A model generated the notes under the pieces. That model made no database searches and was not told the origin of the DNA. It saw nothing but the letters and a program-made list of their open reading frames with translations. From assembly GCA_019347945.1 (NCBI GenBank), contig JAHWKK010000001.1, forward strand, positions 3,299 through 67,298: DNA of 64,000 nucleotides. Direction: 5' to 3'. The DNA is from Acidobacteriota bacterium (GTDB lineage Bacteria > Acidobacteriota > Thermoanaerobaculia > Gp7-AA8 > JAHWKK01). How positions within the stretch are numbered: position 1 is the stretch's first letter; the number at the start of each line of letters is the position of its first letter. The position numbers were made by a program, and so were the translations under genes. This document shows positions 8,159 through 17,703 of this stretch, piece by piece.

Positions 8159-9475
8159 ATGCGCAGACGACGACACATGAGGACGAAGCTTCAGGTCACG
8201 CTGGTCGTGGTCCTGGCACTTCTCGCGATCGTACTGACGGTCCTCCTGTTTCTTTATCCGGCCCGGCTCGGACCGATCTTCATCACCACTTTGGTCGTGA
8301 CTCTGGTCGCGTTTCTTCTGGTGCTGATGCTCCGTCACTTCCTGCTCATATGGTTCAGTTTCCGGGAGCAGCGCGAGCTTGCAGAAACCGAGAACGCCGA
8401 GCGTTATCCATTCGTGTCGATTATCGTGCCCGCCTACAACGAGGCTGAAGTGATCCAGAGATCGATCGGATCGCTGCTGGAGCTTCGTTACCCGCACTAC
8501 GAGATCATCGCTGTCGATGACGGCTCTTCGGACGACACCTACGCTCGAATGAGAGAGTTCGAGGGCAATCACTACGGGGTCCGAGTCTCGGTCTTCCGCA
8601 AGGAGAACAGCGGGAAGGCGGATACGCTGAACTACGGGATCCGCCGGTCGCGCGCACCGGTCGTGGTTTGCATGGATGCCGATTCTCGACTCGGTCGAAA
8701 CTCGTTGCGCTATGCCGTGGAACACTTTGCCGACGAGAACATCGGGGCGGTTGCAGGAAACGTGAAAGTAGCGAATCGGAACAACATCTGGACGCGCCTG
8801 CAGGCGCTCGAATACATCGAGGGTCTCAATATCGTTCGCAAGGCGCAGGCGTTCGTTCGAACGGTCAACGTCGTGCCGGGCCCGATCGGAATCTTCCGCC
8901 GGCGAGCGGTCGAGGCAGTGGGAGGTTACGACAACGATACGTTCGCGGAGGACTTCGACCTGACGGTCAAACTGCTGGCCGCCGGGTGGAAGGTGGATTA
9001 CGAGCCCGCCGCGGTTGCGTACACCGAAGCCCCCGAGACGCTGATCGACATCATCCAGCAGCGCTACCGGTGGACTCGCGGAATCCTTCAGGCGCTGGCA
9101 AAACAGAAAAGACCCATGTTTCGAGGGAGCGGCAACTTTCTCACGACATTCTCTCTCTGGTATATGGCATTCGAGGGTCTCATCTGGCCCGTCATGAACA
9201 TCTTCGTGAACCTTTTTTTCATCTGGATCGCGTTGATCTACGGAATGACGAAGCTGATCGTTCTCTGGTGGCTTCTTCTCACAGTGCTGGACGTGGTGAT
9301 CGCAGTCCACGCGGTGCTGATGGAGGACGAGGAGAAGAGTCTCATTCCGTACTCGATCTTCTACCGGTTCTTCTACATTCTGATCATTGACGTCTGTAAG
9401 GTCTTCGCGACTCTCGAGGAGCTGCTGGGATTCGATATGGCGTGGGGAAAACTCGCCCGGAAGGGGCGGATCTGA
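8159..9475 (+). CDS. Processive family-2 glycosyltransferase (PgaC/IcaA/NodC-like beta-glycan synthase), integral membrane
   Basis: 438 aa. N- and C-terminal TM helices. GT-A core FVSIIVPAYNEAEVIQRSIGSL...EIIAVDDGSSDDTY...CMDADSRL...QQRYRWTRG (QxxRW processive motif). Start 4 nt after the upstream stop, RBS GGAGAGGAGGG. Confidence 0.85.
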   Translation: MRRRRHMRTKLQVTLVVVLALLAIVLTVLLFLYPARLGPIFITTLVVTLVAFLLVLMLRHFLLIWFSFREQRELAETENAERYPFVSIIVPAYNEAEVIQRSIGSLLELRYPHYEIIAVDDGSSDDTYARMREFEGNHYGVRVSVFRKENSGKADTLNYGIRRSRAPVVVCMDADSRLGRNSLRYAVEHFADENIGAVAGNVKVANRNNIWTRLQALEYIEGLNIVRKAQAFVRTVNVVPGPIGIFRRRAVEAVGGYDNDTFAEDFDLTVKLLAAGWKVDYEPAAVAYTEAPETLIDIIQQRYRWTRGILQALAKQKRPMFRGSGNFLTTFSLWYMAFEGLIWPVMNIFVNLFFIWIALIYGMTKLIVLWWLLLTVLDVVIAVHAVLMEDEEKSLIPYSIFYRFFYILIIDVCKVFATLEELLGFDMAWGKLARKGRI

Positions 9476-9488
9476 GGAGCGTGACGAA

Positions 9489-9680
9489 ATGAAAATCGAC
9501 TGGGTATATCTGCTGGCAACACTGATCTTCGTATCGATCGTGATCACGATCGTTCTCGCGGTCGCATCGTACTTCGCGTACAAGCTCCGCGAAGCTCGCC
9601 GGCCCAAGACGGCAGCCGAGCTGCGGCAGGAAGGGGAGACGAAGGTGTTTTTCGAGCCGTACCGGCCACCTTCATCTTAA
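9489..9680 (+). CDS. Small single-TM membrane protein (PgaD/IcaD-like accessory?), 63 aa
   Basis: MKIDWVYLLATLIFVSIVITIVLAVASYFAYKLREARRP... RBS GGAGGAG 8 nt upstream. Immediately downstream of the GT2 gene, and its stop TAA abuts the next ATG (9681). Function inferred from position only. Confidence 0.5.
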   Translation: MKIDWVYLLATLIFVSIVITIVLAVASYFAYKLREARRPKTAAELRQEGETKVFFEPYRPPSS

Positions 9681-10751
9681 ATGGAGTGGGCAGCATCGAC
9701 TCCCGAGCCCGCTGAACCTTCGCCGCGACGCGCGATTCTCGTCTATGGACTGCTTCTGATCCTCGTGATCGGATGCGGTGTCGTCGCCCTGTGGGCGTTG
9801 ATCGAGCGTCGTCGCCTCGACGGCGCGATCACCCCGCGGCCGCTTCCGGAGATCACGTTCGTGACGACGGAACCGGACGATGAAACGACGGCGGCGTGGG
9901 TGAGTCTCCTTTCCGAGGCATCCCTTTCGCCGCGCGTGGTGACCCCCGATGATCTCGCACCGGCCGAGGGTGTCATCGTGCTGGGGAGCCTGGAGGGTGC
10001 CTCGGAATCGGAGGTCCAGACAATCATCGACACGATCTCGGCGAAAGATCAGGGAACGTTTCTGACGGGGGCCATTCCTCCACAACTCGAAGCCGATCTC
10101 GATGTCGCGACCGATACGGTTCAGGGCTCCGCGGCGTTTGCGGCTACTCCGGCCGCGAGTCCGATTCTCGCGAGGGTCGCGGTCGCGTACCGGTTCCCGC
10201 ATGCCGAAGGATTAGTGCCGGTCATCGAGGAACGATCGAAGATGGGAATCGATGCGAGGTGGGAAGAGAGCTCTCGTGCCGCCATCGCTCACTGGTCTGA
10301 TCGTGGCGGACGATTCGTCTGGCTCGGATTTCACCCCGGTTCGCTGGCCGACGCGAAGGATGCTCAACTCAGGATTCTGTTGCGGGCAGCCGCGCGCTGG
10401 GCCGATCGCCAGCCACTCTCGGATGGCGCGCTGCTTCCTCCGTCCGGGGCCCCGGTTTTCGAGCCGGATTTGCGCCGGGCTGCGCAGAACGGCGGGCTCG
10501 CATTCTCAGTCGAGGCTACTGAATGGCCCACCATCTACGGCGTCAGGGTCTGGAACCGCGGAGATGGCATACTCGAAAACCCGGCCGTTGCGATGTGGCT
10601 CCCCGACTCCGAGGGCAAAGAGGCGACGCTCTGGGGAAGCCCGATCATGAACCGTTTTGCAGAGATGGTCTCGCAAAAGGATTACTACGTACTGCGGCTC
10701 GACTCTCTCAACAGTGGCGAGGAGCGTCTGTTCGCCGTCGAGCTGGAGTAG
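9681..10751 (+). CDS. Membrane-anchored hypothetical protein, last gene of EPS operon
   Basis: 356 aa. N-terminal TM (ILVYGLLLILVIGCGVVALWALI), then a soluble domain with no motif I can assign. It is not a recognisable CE4 deacetylase (no obvious D-D/H-x-x-x-x-H motif set). Translationally coupled to the upstream small gene. Confidence 0.6.
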   Translation: MEWAASTPEPAEPSPRRAILVYGLLLILVIGCGVVALWALIERRRLDGAITPRPLPEITFVTTEPDDETTAAWVSLLSEASLSPRVVTPDDLAPAEGVIVLGSLEGASESEVQTIIDTISAKDQGTFLTGAIPPQLEADLDVATDTVQGSAAFAATPAASPILARVAVAYRFPHAEGLVPVIEERSKMGIDARWEESSRAAIAHWSDRGGRFVWLGFHPGSLADAKDAQLRILLRAAARWADRQPLSDGALLPPSGAPVFEPDLRRAAQNGGLAFSVEATEWPTIYGVRVWNRGDGILENPAVAMWLPDSEGKEATLWGSPIMNRFAEMVSQKDYYVLRLDSLNSGEERLFAVELE

Positions 10752-11009
10752 GCGAAGGAGGGGACCGTCGAGCAGAGGAGGAAGGTCGGGAACGCGACTA
10801 TCAGCAGAAGATTCATCCACCTGTTCGGCAGGGCAATCCTGATCTCTGCCGCGATACCCGCCATGGCGCCTGGTGCAGCCGCTGGCGCTCCATTGGCGGG
10901 CCGGCACCTCGCCAGTCTCGGCGGGTCCGATGTGTACGTGCATCGGCCGGGGTCGAAAGTCGGCGATTGCCCGTGCTGGCGGGCAACGCGCCCGCATCGT
11001 AACGAGATA

Positions 11010-11038
11010 TTGACACGGTAGTAACTCAAATGTTAAAT
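11010..11038 (+). promoter_or_regulatory. Sigma70-like promoter candidate (TTGACA-17bp-TTAAAT) upstream of S8 protease gene
   Basis: ttgacacggtagtaactcaaatgttaaat in a local low-GC patch ~60 bp upstream of ATG 11099. RBS CAGGAGGA follows. Confidence 0.4.
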
Positions 11039-11098
11039 CTATCAGCCTCACCCAGGGCCCGCAGGAAAAACTGACTTTCAACCAAAACAGGAGGACGT

Positions 11099-12382
11099 AT
11101 GAAGTGGAAGAGAGCCTTACCGGTATTCGTCGGACTCTGTCTCCTCGTCAGTGCATCGATCGCGATCGGGGAAAACCCGCAGCGGACGATCCCACTCGAA
11201 GAGCAGTTCGCATTCATGACGCCGACCAAGTTGCCGATGATCGTCGTGTTCCGGAACGAAGTGACTACGATGGCCGCGGGGAAATCTCTCTATCAGGCCG
11301 ATCCACGATTCGAGAGCGATCCGGCGCTCGCATACCTCGATCGAAACATCATCGGAGCGGTTCAGCTCTACGAGCGTAATCTGAACTTCCGGGCAGACCG
11401 TGTCTACAGTGCGGCTCTTCGCGGATTTGCGGCGGACCTGACGCTCGATCAGATCAGCAAATTGAAGAGCGATCCGAGGATCGCAGCGCTCGTGCCCGAT
11501 GGCATCGCGACCATCAATCAGGGGAACCGTCCCGGTGGCGGCGGTGGCGGTCAGACCCTCCCGTGGGGGATCGACCGCATTGATGCCGACACGAGCTCCA
11601 CCAAGGCGGGTGATGGAACCGGTACCATCTCCAACGTCAACGTTTACATCATCGACACCGGAGCCGATGCGGATCACGCTGATCTCAACGTCGTCAATCA
11701 CGTCAACTTCGCGGGCGGCCCGAACAAGGACTGCAACGGCCACGGCACACACGTTGCCGGCACGGTCGCCGCGCGCGACAATGACATCGACGTCGTCGGA
11801 GTCGCTCCGGGAGCGCCGATCACCGGCGTGAAGGTGCTCGGATGCGGCGGAAGCGGGACATGGTCGGGAGTGATCTCGGGAGTCGACTGGGTCACGGCCA
11901 ATGCCGTGAAGCCGGCGATCGCCAACATGAGCCTCGGCGGCGGCGCCAATGATGCCGTCGACACCGCGGTCATCAACTCGGCCGACAGTGGCGTCTTCTA
12001 TGCGCTGGCTGCCGGAAACGACGGTGCGGATGCCTGCGAATCCTCCCCTGCACGGGCGGGAACACACGACGGCGTCATGACGACCGCCGCGACCGACAGC
12101 AGCGACAGCGAGACGTCGTGGAGCAACTACGGACCCTGTGTCGACATCTGGGCGCCTGGCGCCAGCATTCTCTCCACGAAGAGTGGCGGCGGAACGACCA
12201 CGATGTCGGGAACCTCGATGGCCTCGCCGCATGCCGGCGGCACCGGCGCGCTCTATCTGTCGAGCAGCACCAGCTCCAGCGCATCCCAGACCGAAAACGC
12301 GCTGAAGAGTAACGCGGTGTCCACCGGAACCACCAGCAAGGACGGGACCGCGATCAGCCTCGTCTACGCTGGAAAGTTCTAG
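11099..12382 (+). CDS. Secreted subtilisin-like serine protease (S8, proteinase-K-like) with signal peptide and I9-type propeptide
   Basis: 427 aa. Catalytic triad motifs YIIDTGADADHADL (Asp), CNGHGTHVAGTVAA (His), GTSMASPHAGG (Ser), plus NMSLGGG and AAGNDGADACESSPAR. Confidence 0.9.
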   Translation: MKWKRALPVFVGLCLLVSASIAIGENPQRTIPLEEQFAFMTPTKLPMIVVFRNEVTTMAAGKSLYQADPRFESDPALAYLDRNIIGAVQLYERNLNFRADRVYSAALRGFAADLTLDQISKLKSDPRIAALVPDGIATINQGNRPGGGGGGQTLPWGIDRIDADTSSTKAGDGTGTISNVNVYIIDTGADADHADLNVVNHVNFAGGPNKDCNGHGTHVAGTVAARDNDIDVVGVAPGAPITGVKVLGCGGSGTWSGVISGVDWVTANAVKPAIANMSLGGGANDAVDTAVINSADSGVFYALAAGNDGADACESSPARAGTHDGVMTTAATDSSDSETSWSNYGPCVDIWAPGASILSTKSGGGTTTMSGTSMASPHAGGTGALYLSSSTSSSASQTENALKSNAVSTGTTSKDGTAISLVYAGKF

Positions 12383-12404
12383 TTTCCTCCATTATCGGAG
12401 AACG

Positions 12405-12435
12405 AAAAGGGCCGGCCTCTGCCGGCCCTTTTTAC
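12405..12435 (+). terminator. Rho-independent terminator (AAGGGCCGGC-ctct-GCCGGCCCTTTTT)
   Basis: Perfect 10-bp GC stem, 4-nt loop, T-run, 22 nt after the S8 stop codon. Confidence 0.65.
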
Positions 12436-12690
12436 ATCCGACGAGCAACCGTGCCCATACACGATTTCTTCGAAGCCGCGCCGTTCTGGGATCGGAGGCG
12501 GAATCCGCATTTGGCGGGCCACTTCTTCACCTTTCAGGCTCGACCTCCGGTTGGTCAGCGGGGAGCCGCGCGGAGGGTCGTGATGCACGAATCGATCAAG
12601 TGCGCGAGGCCCGAAGGCTGACTGGGTCACATCCCCGGCGGAAGCGGGCGACTACGCAGTCGGTCGCGTCTGCGGTCCGGCAGCTCTTCC

Positions 12691-13170
12691 TTACAGCACG
12701 AGCGTCAGAACGAACGCGAGTACGAGGACGGATCCCTGCATGACCGTGGGGAGCCAACCCGCGAACGCGGTTTCCCCAACCGAAAATACCTGCCACGTCA
12801 GATTCATCAGCGAATGAATCACGAAGGGAGCGAAGACGTTGTCCCCCCACCGCATGAAAAGCCATGCGAAGAATCCCCCGCCGACGAACGTGATGGCCGC
12901 GATGCCGATCAACTGGCCCGCCGAGGAGCCCGTCTCGAGATGAACGAGACTGAAAACGATGGAGGTCACGAAGACGGAGGGCCAGAACCCGAAGGCGGCA
13001 TGACGATAGAGCTGCCGGAATGCGAAGCCGCGGAACACGACCTCCTCCGCAAACGGGGAGATCACCGCGAGGTAGAGTGCGGCGGCGACCGAAATGTTCG
13101 TGGCGACAGGCGTGGTCAAAGCAAACACCCCCCACATCGGCAGAACGGCCAGCACTGTGACGGCGATCAT
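12691..13170 (-). CDS. CPBP-family intramembrane metalloprotease (CAAX protease/Abi-like)
   Basis: All three CPBP motifs are present: AEEVVFRGF (EExxxR), FSLVH (FxxxH), HSLMN (HxxxN). Multiple TM helices. The true start may lie upstream of the ATG at 13170 (the in-frame region upstream is open). Confidence 0.6.
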   Translation of the reverse strand: MIAVTVLAVLPMWGVFALTTPVATNISVAAALYLAVISPFAEEVVFRGFAFRQLYRHAAFGFWPSVFVTSIVFSLVHLETGSSAGQLIGIAAITFVGGGFFAWLFMRWGDNVFAPFVIHSLMNLTWQVFSVGETAFAGWLPTVMQGSVLVLAFVLTLVL

Positions 13171-13685
13171 CGGTCGGGACGGCCGGCGAATCCCTGCTTC
13201 TCTGAGGACACCGCGGGTCGAAAGACGATGGAGGACCGCGAGACATACCAGTACGAGAAGGATCTGGAGGCAGCTTTTGATCGTCTCGGGAACGTAGAAG
13301 GGAAACTGTTCGTAAAGACGACGATACCGGGGATCGTAACGAGAATGAGCTGAAGGCGTGTGGCCAGCACGAACCCCAGAAGCGTCACGATCACGACGAC
13401 AGCGCGACGAGGTGGCCGGTCCGCTTCCCTCGAACCCACTCTGAACTTCCTTTCAGTCCGGCGGTCTCTGGATACCAGGTTCTCCGCACGAGGCATCGCA
13501 AGCGCCGTCAGTCCGTTGTCATGGCTCCCTGACCTTGACCTCTTTCCTGCCCATCCGACTGCCAGGCGGTCACTCCTCAGCAATTTTAACAGTTGCCGTA
13601 GCACCGGCTCGGAGCGCGAGCCCGATTCCGAGAACGTCGACATCCGGCGTCGAGCGAGAGGATCCTCCCGGTTCGAAAACCGGTG

Positions 13686-14228
13686 CTACTCGACCTCTTC
13701 CACCGTTCGACCCGAGATCACGCTTTCCGGCTCTGTCCTGACCGGTTTGCGGCGGGCATCCGCTCCCTCGTCGTCCATTTTCACGAGAAGCCAGTTCTTC
13801 CTGTTGCCGCCGAGCTTGCTGTGGATCAGCGCGAACCCGCCCCGCAGTTTCTTCCCTTCGAGCCAGATCTTCGCATGCCCCCGGTCGAGCGCTTCTTCGA
13901 TGGGCACTTCCCGGTCATCGTCGCCGGTCGTGATGTTCTTCCAGGTCCCGGTATCCCAGACGATCACGGCGCCCGCACCGTAGCTTCCCTCCGGGATCAC
14001 CCCTTCGAAATCGGCGTAGTCGAGCGGATGGTCGGGGGTGGCAATCGCAAGTTGTTTGTCGTCCGGATCGGTCGACGGCCCTTTCGGAACGGCCCACGAT
14101 TTCAGCACGCCGTCGACCTCGATTCTGAAGTCCCAGTGCATCGAGCTCGCATCGTGCTGCTGAATCACGAAGATCGGCTGCCGGCCTCGCCGTCCCATGA
14201 TGAAACCAGCTGCAAGAGAACCGCCCAT
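13686..14228 (-). CDS. Stand-alone DNA ligase D 3'-phosphoesterase (LigD PE) domain protein
   Basis: ...PIFVIQQHDASSMHWDFRIEVDGVLKSWAVPKGPSTDPDDKQLAIATPDHPLDYADFEGVIPEGSYGAGAVIVWDTGTW... matches the LigD PE signature (H-x-D-x-R, SWAVPKGP). No ligase or polymerase domain attached. Start ATG 14228 or 14198 (uncertain). Confidence 0.7.
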   Translation of the reverse strand: MGGSLAAGFIMGRRGRQPIFVIQQHDASSMHWDFRIEVDGVLKSWAVPKGPSTDPDDKQLAIATPDHPLDYADFEGVIPEGSYGAGAVIVWDTGTWKNITTGDDDREVPIEEALDRGHAKIWLEGKKLRGGFALIHSKLGGNRKNWLLVKMDDEGADARRKPVRTEPESVISGRTVEEVE

Positions 14229-14256
14229 TGACGCGGCCCCGGCCCGCTCCTGCTCG

Positions 14257-17200
14257 TCAGGGGGAGGTGACGAGCAGGCCGAGGTTTGCGCCCTCGAGTT
14301 TCTGTCGGAACGGCTCCACGTTGGACGCATAGAAAGCGTCGAGCTCGCGGAGTCGCTCGTTCAAGACGGTGCGTGCCGGTTCGACGTACTCGAGTACGGT
14401 CGGCGAGGGAGCGTCGAATGTCGATCGGAGCATGAACTGCGCGAGACCGAGGATCGAGCTCGCTCGATCATCGTCGTAAACAATGCCTTTCGTTCCGGGC
14501 GGGACCCTGAGCTTCTCCTCCCAGCCTTTGAGCTGCTTTTCGAGCGCGGTCGCCTCCTCGAGAAGGGCCTTTGCCGAGTCGTCGTCCTTCCGTTCGCCGA
14601 GTCGAGTTTTGATCATCGCGAGATCCTCGTTCGATCTGTTGATCCGCTTGACGGCCGCGACCAGTCTCCGTTCCAGCTCGAGCATCTCGGTCTGAATTCG
14701 GAAGCGCTCGCGGCGCTCGTCGACACCGTAGCGCGAATCGGGATCGTGGACGACTTCGATCGTTCCACTGTCCGAGCTTTCGCCGTATTCGATCTGTACG
14801 GAGTACGTACCGGGTGGCACTGCAGGGCCCGCCGGGAGTCCGTCCTCGAGCGGCTTCTGCTCAGGGGAGGGCATCGGCTCGGCACCGTCGATGGCCGTGT
14901 CCCAGTAGATGCGGTTCAGACCCCGTACGATCGGAGCCCTGAATGTTCGGATGACGCCACTCTCGTCGGAAACCTTCACCGTGACTTTCGGCTTCTCGTC
15001 CTCTTTCTTTTCTTCTTTCTCCTCGTCGGTTTCTGCGCCGGCCTCTTCGTCTTCCGGCTCTTCCTCTGGGATCGTCACATAGGCCGACGGATGAAAGAGC
15101 TGTTCCTCGAACCGCTGTTCTTCGGTCCGCAGTTTGATCCGTCGCTCCCGGTCTGCTTCTTCATCGGGAATCGGAAGCTCGGGTCCGCTCGCCATGAACG
15201 TGATCGCGCCGCCGTAGGGCTCGTTCGGAGCGCGCCACTCCGTCGCTCCGGCAAAACGTGACGACGGAGTCTGCCGCGGCATGTACTGCAGCGCAGTCGT
15301 CGTATCGAGGAGGTCGAGCTTTGCGCCGAAGCTCGCTTCGCTCAGATCCCGCAGTACCGAATAGTCGTCGATCACGAAGACACCGCGGCCGTGCGTTCCG
15401 AGAACCAGATCATCCTCCCGCTTCTGGATGACCATGTCCATCACGGAGACTGTCGGAACGCCTGCCGTCCATTTCGTCCAGGATCTTCCACCATCGAGCG
15501 TGAAGAAGAGGCCGAGCTCGGTGCCGGCGAAGATCAGATTGGGATCGACGTGATCCTGGCGCACGCTGAGCGCGTAGCCATCCATTGGAGCTTTGGCCAG
15601 ATCGGCCCAGATGCTGCCATACCCGGTCACCCTGAAGAGGTGCGGGGACATCTGCGATCGACGGTGGTCGTCCACGGCGATGAAGGCGGTGCCGGCGTCG
15701 TGAGGCGACGGCTCGATCATCGGAATCCACGCTCCCGCCAATCTTCCGGGCAGCTTGTCGATGCGCGTCCAGCTCTCGCCGCCATCACGCGTGAGGTGGA
15801 CGCGGCCGTCGTCGGTTCCGACCCAGATGACGTCCCGCTCGATTGGGCTCGGCGCGATCGAGACGATCGTCGTGTAGTTCTCGGCGGCCGTCACATCGGG
15901 TGTGAGACCGCCGCTCTTCCTGAATGTCTGTAGCGCGGGATCGTTGCTCGTCAGGTCATCGCTGATCACTTCCCAGGTCAGACCGAGATCGGTCGATCTG
16001 TGAACGAACTGGCTTCCGTAGTAGATCGTGCCGGGATCGAACGGATCACGCGCGATTCCTGCGTTCCAGTTGAACCGGAGCTCGGTGCCGTCGTCCGGCG
16101 GATCGGGCCGCATGGCGCGCAGCTCACCCTCGTCGAGGTCGTAACGGTAGAGGTTGCCACCCTGCGACATCGAGAAACCGGTTCTCGAGTTGCGGGGATC
16201 GGGCGAGACGTCGAATCCGTCTCCGAACCCGACTTCCTGCCAGTGCAGATTGCGGATGCCGCCATTCTCCCGCACCTCCGCGGGCCCCCGCCATGATCCG
16301 TTGTCCTGAAGCCCCCCATAGATGTTGTACGGGTCCTCGTTGTCCACGCTGACGTGGTAGAACTGGGCGAGGGGGAGGTTCTCGACGAAGCGCCAGTTCA
16401 TGCCGGCGTCGTACGAGATCGCGATTCCTCCGTCGTTGCCATCGATCAGATGATTCGAATCGTCCGGATTGATCCAGAAGGCGTGATTGTCGATGTGGAT
16501 GAAGTTCCCGGGTGCGCAGCAGGTGATCTGAGGGAGCTGCACGAATGTCTTTCCGCCGTCGTTGGAGACCCGCGCCAGGGTCGAGAGGTTGTAGACGCGC
16601 CCCGGGATGTTCGGATCCGCGAAGAGCTCGGTGTAGTAGAAGGGGCGATCCACGATCCACCGCTCGGTGTTCATCGTCTCCCAATGGCGGCCTCCGTCAG
16701 TCGAGCGGACGAGGGCATTCTCCTCAGCTTCGACCAGTGCGTAGACGAGTCCCCGCTGAGCGGGTGAGGGTGCGATGACCATCCGGCCGTGCGGCCCGTC
16801 CGGCAGGCCGTCTTCGGAGAGCCGCTGCTCCCAGCTCTCGCCACCGTCGGTTGAGACATACATCCCCGACCCGGGTCCACCCGAGATGAAGTGGTAGGGC
16901 CAGCGGCGGAACTGCCACATCGCGGCATACACCTTCTCCGGATTGAAGGGGTCGAGCTTCACGTCGGTTCCACCGGTCTTCTCGTCGACGTACAGAATCT
17001 TCGTCCACGTCTCGCCACCGTCGGTCGTCTTGTAGATGCCTCGGTTCTGGTTCTCGCCCCAGAGCGTCCCCATCGCCGCGACGTAGACGATGTCGCGATC
17101 CGTCGGATGGACCGTCACCTGGTTGATCCGCTCGGTGTTCTCGAGCCCCATCGATGTCCAGGTCTCGCCGCCGTCGGTGGATTTGAAGATGCCACGTCCG

Positions 17201-17544
17201 ATCGAGGTGGAGTTGCGCACGGCTCCTTCACCCGTGCCGACCCAGATGACGTCCGGATTCGGCTGGAAGATTGCGATCGATCCGATCGAGGCGACCGGTT
17301 GGTCGTCGAAGATCGGCTCCCAGGTGAGACCGGCGTCGTTCGAGCGCCAGACTCCTCCCGTCGCTGCGCCGACGTAAATTCTGTTCGTGTCGGACTGAAC
17401 GACATCGATCGCCGAAATGCGTCCGCTCATCGTACCGGGCCCGAGGTTCCGGGCGGTCAATCCCGAGAGGAGGTTTGGGTCGATCTGTGCCGATGACGGC
17501 GAGGCGAGAAGCAACGCGACGACGAGGGTCAGCCGAGGGTTCAT
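14257..17544 (-). CDS. Large secreted BNR/Asp-box repeat beta-propeller protein (sortilin/Vps10-like or GH74-like) with acidic linker and C-terminal coiled-coil region
   Basis: Signal peptide MNPRLTLVVALLLASPSSAQ with RBS GGAGGA 7 nt upstream of ATG 17544 (the track ORF starts 49 codons earlier, likely spurious). At least 8 Asp-box motifs (STDGGETW x3, STDGGESW, STDGGRHW, SNDGGKTF, TRDGGESWT, TLDGGRSWT). Highly acidic stretch EEEPEDEEAGAETDEEKEEKKEDEKPK, then a C-terminal helical region. Confidence 0.8.
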   Translation of the reverse strand: MNPRLTLVVALLLASPSSAQIDPNLLSGLTARNLGPGTMSGRISAIDVVQSDTNRIYVGAATGGVWRSNDAGLTWEPIFDDQPVASIGSIAIFQPNPDVIWVGTGEGAVRNSTSIGRGIFKSTDGGETWTSMGLENTERINQVTVHPTDRDIVYVAAMGTLWGENQNRGIYKTTDGGETWTKILYVDEKTGGTDVKLDPFNPEKVYAAMWQFRRWPYHFISGGPGSGMYVSTDGGESWEQRLSEDGLPDGPHGRMVIAPSPAQRGLVYALVEAEENALVRSTDGGRHWETMNTERWIVDRPFYYTELFADPNIPGRVYNLSTLARVSNDGGKTFVQLPQITCCAPGNFIHIDNHAFWINPDDSNHLIDGNDGGIAISYDAGMNWRFVENLPLAQFYHVSVDNEDPYNIYGGLQDNGSWRGPAEVRENGGIRNLHWQEVGFGDGFDVSPDPRNSRTGFSMSQGGNLYRYDLDEGELRAMRPDPPDDGTELRFNWNAGIARDPFDPGTIYYGSQFVHRSTDLGLTWEVISDDLTSNDPALQTFRKSGGLTPDVTAAENYTTIVSIAPSPIERDVIWVGTDDGRVHLTRDGGESWTRIDKLPGRLAGAWIPMIEPSPHDAGTAFIAVDDHRRSQMSPHLFRVTGYGSIWADLAKAPMDGYALSVRQDHVDPNLIFAGTELGLFFTLDGGRSWTKWTAGVPTVSVMDMVIQKREDDLVLGTHGRGVFVIDDYSVLRDLSEASFGAKLDLLDTTTALQYMPRQTPSSRFAGATEWRAPNEPYGGAITFMASGPELPIPDEEADRERRIKLRTEEQRFEEQLFHPSAYVTIPEEEPEDEEAGAETDEEKEEKKEDEKPKVTVKVSDESGVIRTFRAPIVRGLNRIYWDTAIDGAEPMPSPEQKPLEDGLPAGPAVPPGTYSVQIEYGESSDSGTIEVVHDPDSRYGVDERRERFRIQTEMLELERRLVAAVKRINRSNEDLAMIKTRLGERKDDDSAKALLEEATALEKQLKGWEEKLRVPPGTKGIVYDDDRASSILGLAQFMLRSTFDAPSPTVLEYVEPARTVLNERLRELDAFYASNVEPFRQKLEGANLGLLVTSP

Positions 17545-17584
17545 GAATTTCCTCCAAATCTTCGGTTCGGGCGGGTGTGATTGT

Positions 17585-17693
17585 AGGACAGAGGAGTGGG
17601 ACAGAAGAGTGTGGACGGAAAGAGTGGACGGAAGAGTGGACAGTTGGGGGTCCACTGTCTTGTCCACTGCTTTGTCCACTCTTTCGTCCACTC
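17585..17693. repeat. ~110-bp imperfect palindrome built from ~11-bp-periodic GTGGAC-containing units (4 per arm)
   Basis: Left arm ggacagaggagtgggacagaagagtgtggacggaaagagtggacggaagagtggacag. Centre ttggggg. Right arm tccactgtcttgtccactgctttgtccactctttcgtccactc, the reverse complement of the left-arm pattern. Sits between the stop of the CPBP-like gene (17704) and the BNR gene start (17544). Confidence 0.5.
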
Positions 17694-17703
17694 GTTGAAG
17701 ACC

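Noticed and set aside
5879-9607. Long minus-strand ORFs (5879-7000, 8045-9607) antisense to the EPS operon. Similar antisense ORFs occur opposite rpoB/rpoC (51618-55358, 57489-58925) and opposite uvrA (21934-24612).
   Set aside because: High-GC genomes produce long stop-free antisense frames. The translations are R/S/P/D-rich with no motifs, and they overlap well-supported genes on the other strand.
13167-13643. 158-aa minus-strand ORF upstream of the CPBP gene
   Set aside because: Low-complexity (RSRSGS..., RRAVVVIV) and in a different frame from the CPBP gene. More likely non-coding, or part of the CPBP 5' region read in the wrong frame.
17545-17691. 49-codon extension upstream of the BNR protein signal peptide. 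Similar extensions occur for galU (28555-28653), gpsA (41007-41126) and the UPF0391 gene (60505-60780).
   Set aside because: In each case an internal ATG with a good Shine-Dalgarno gives the canonical family N-terminus. The extensions are compositionally odd.
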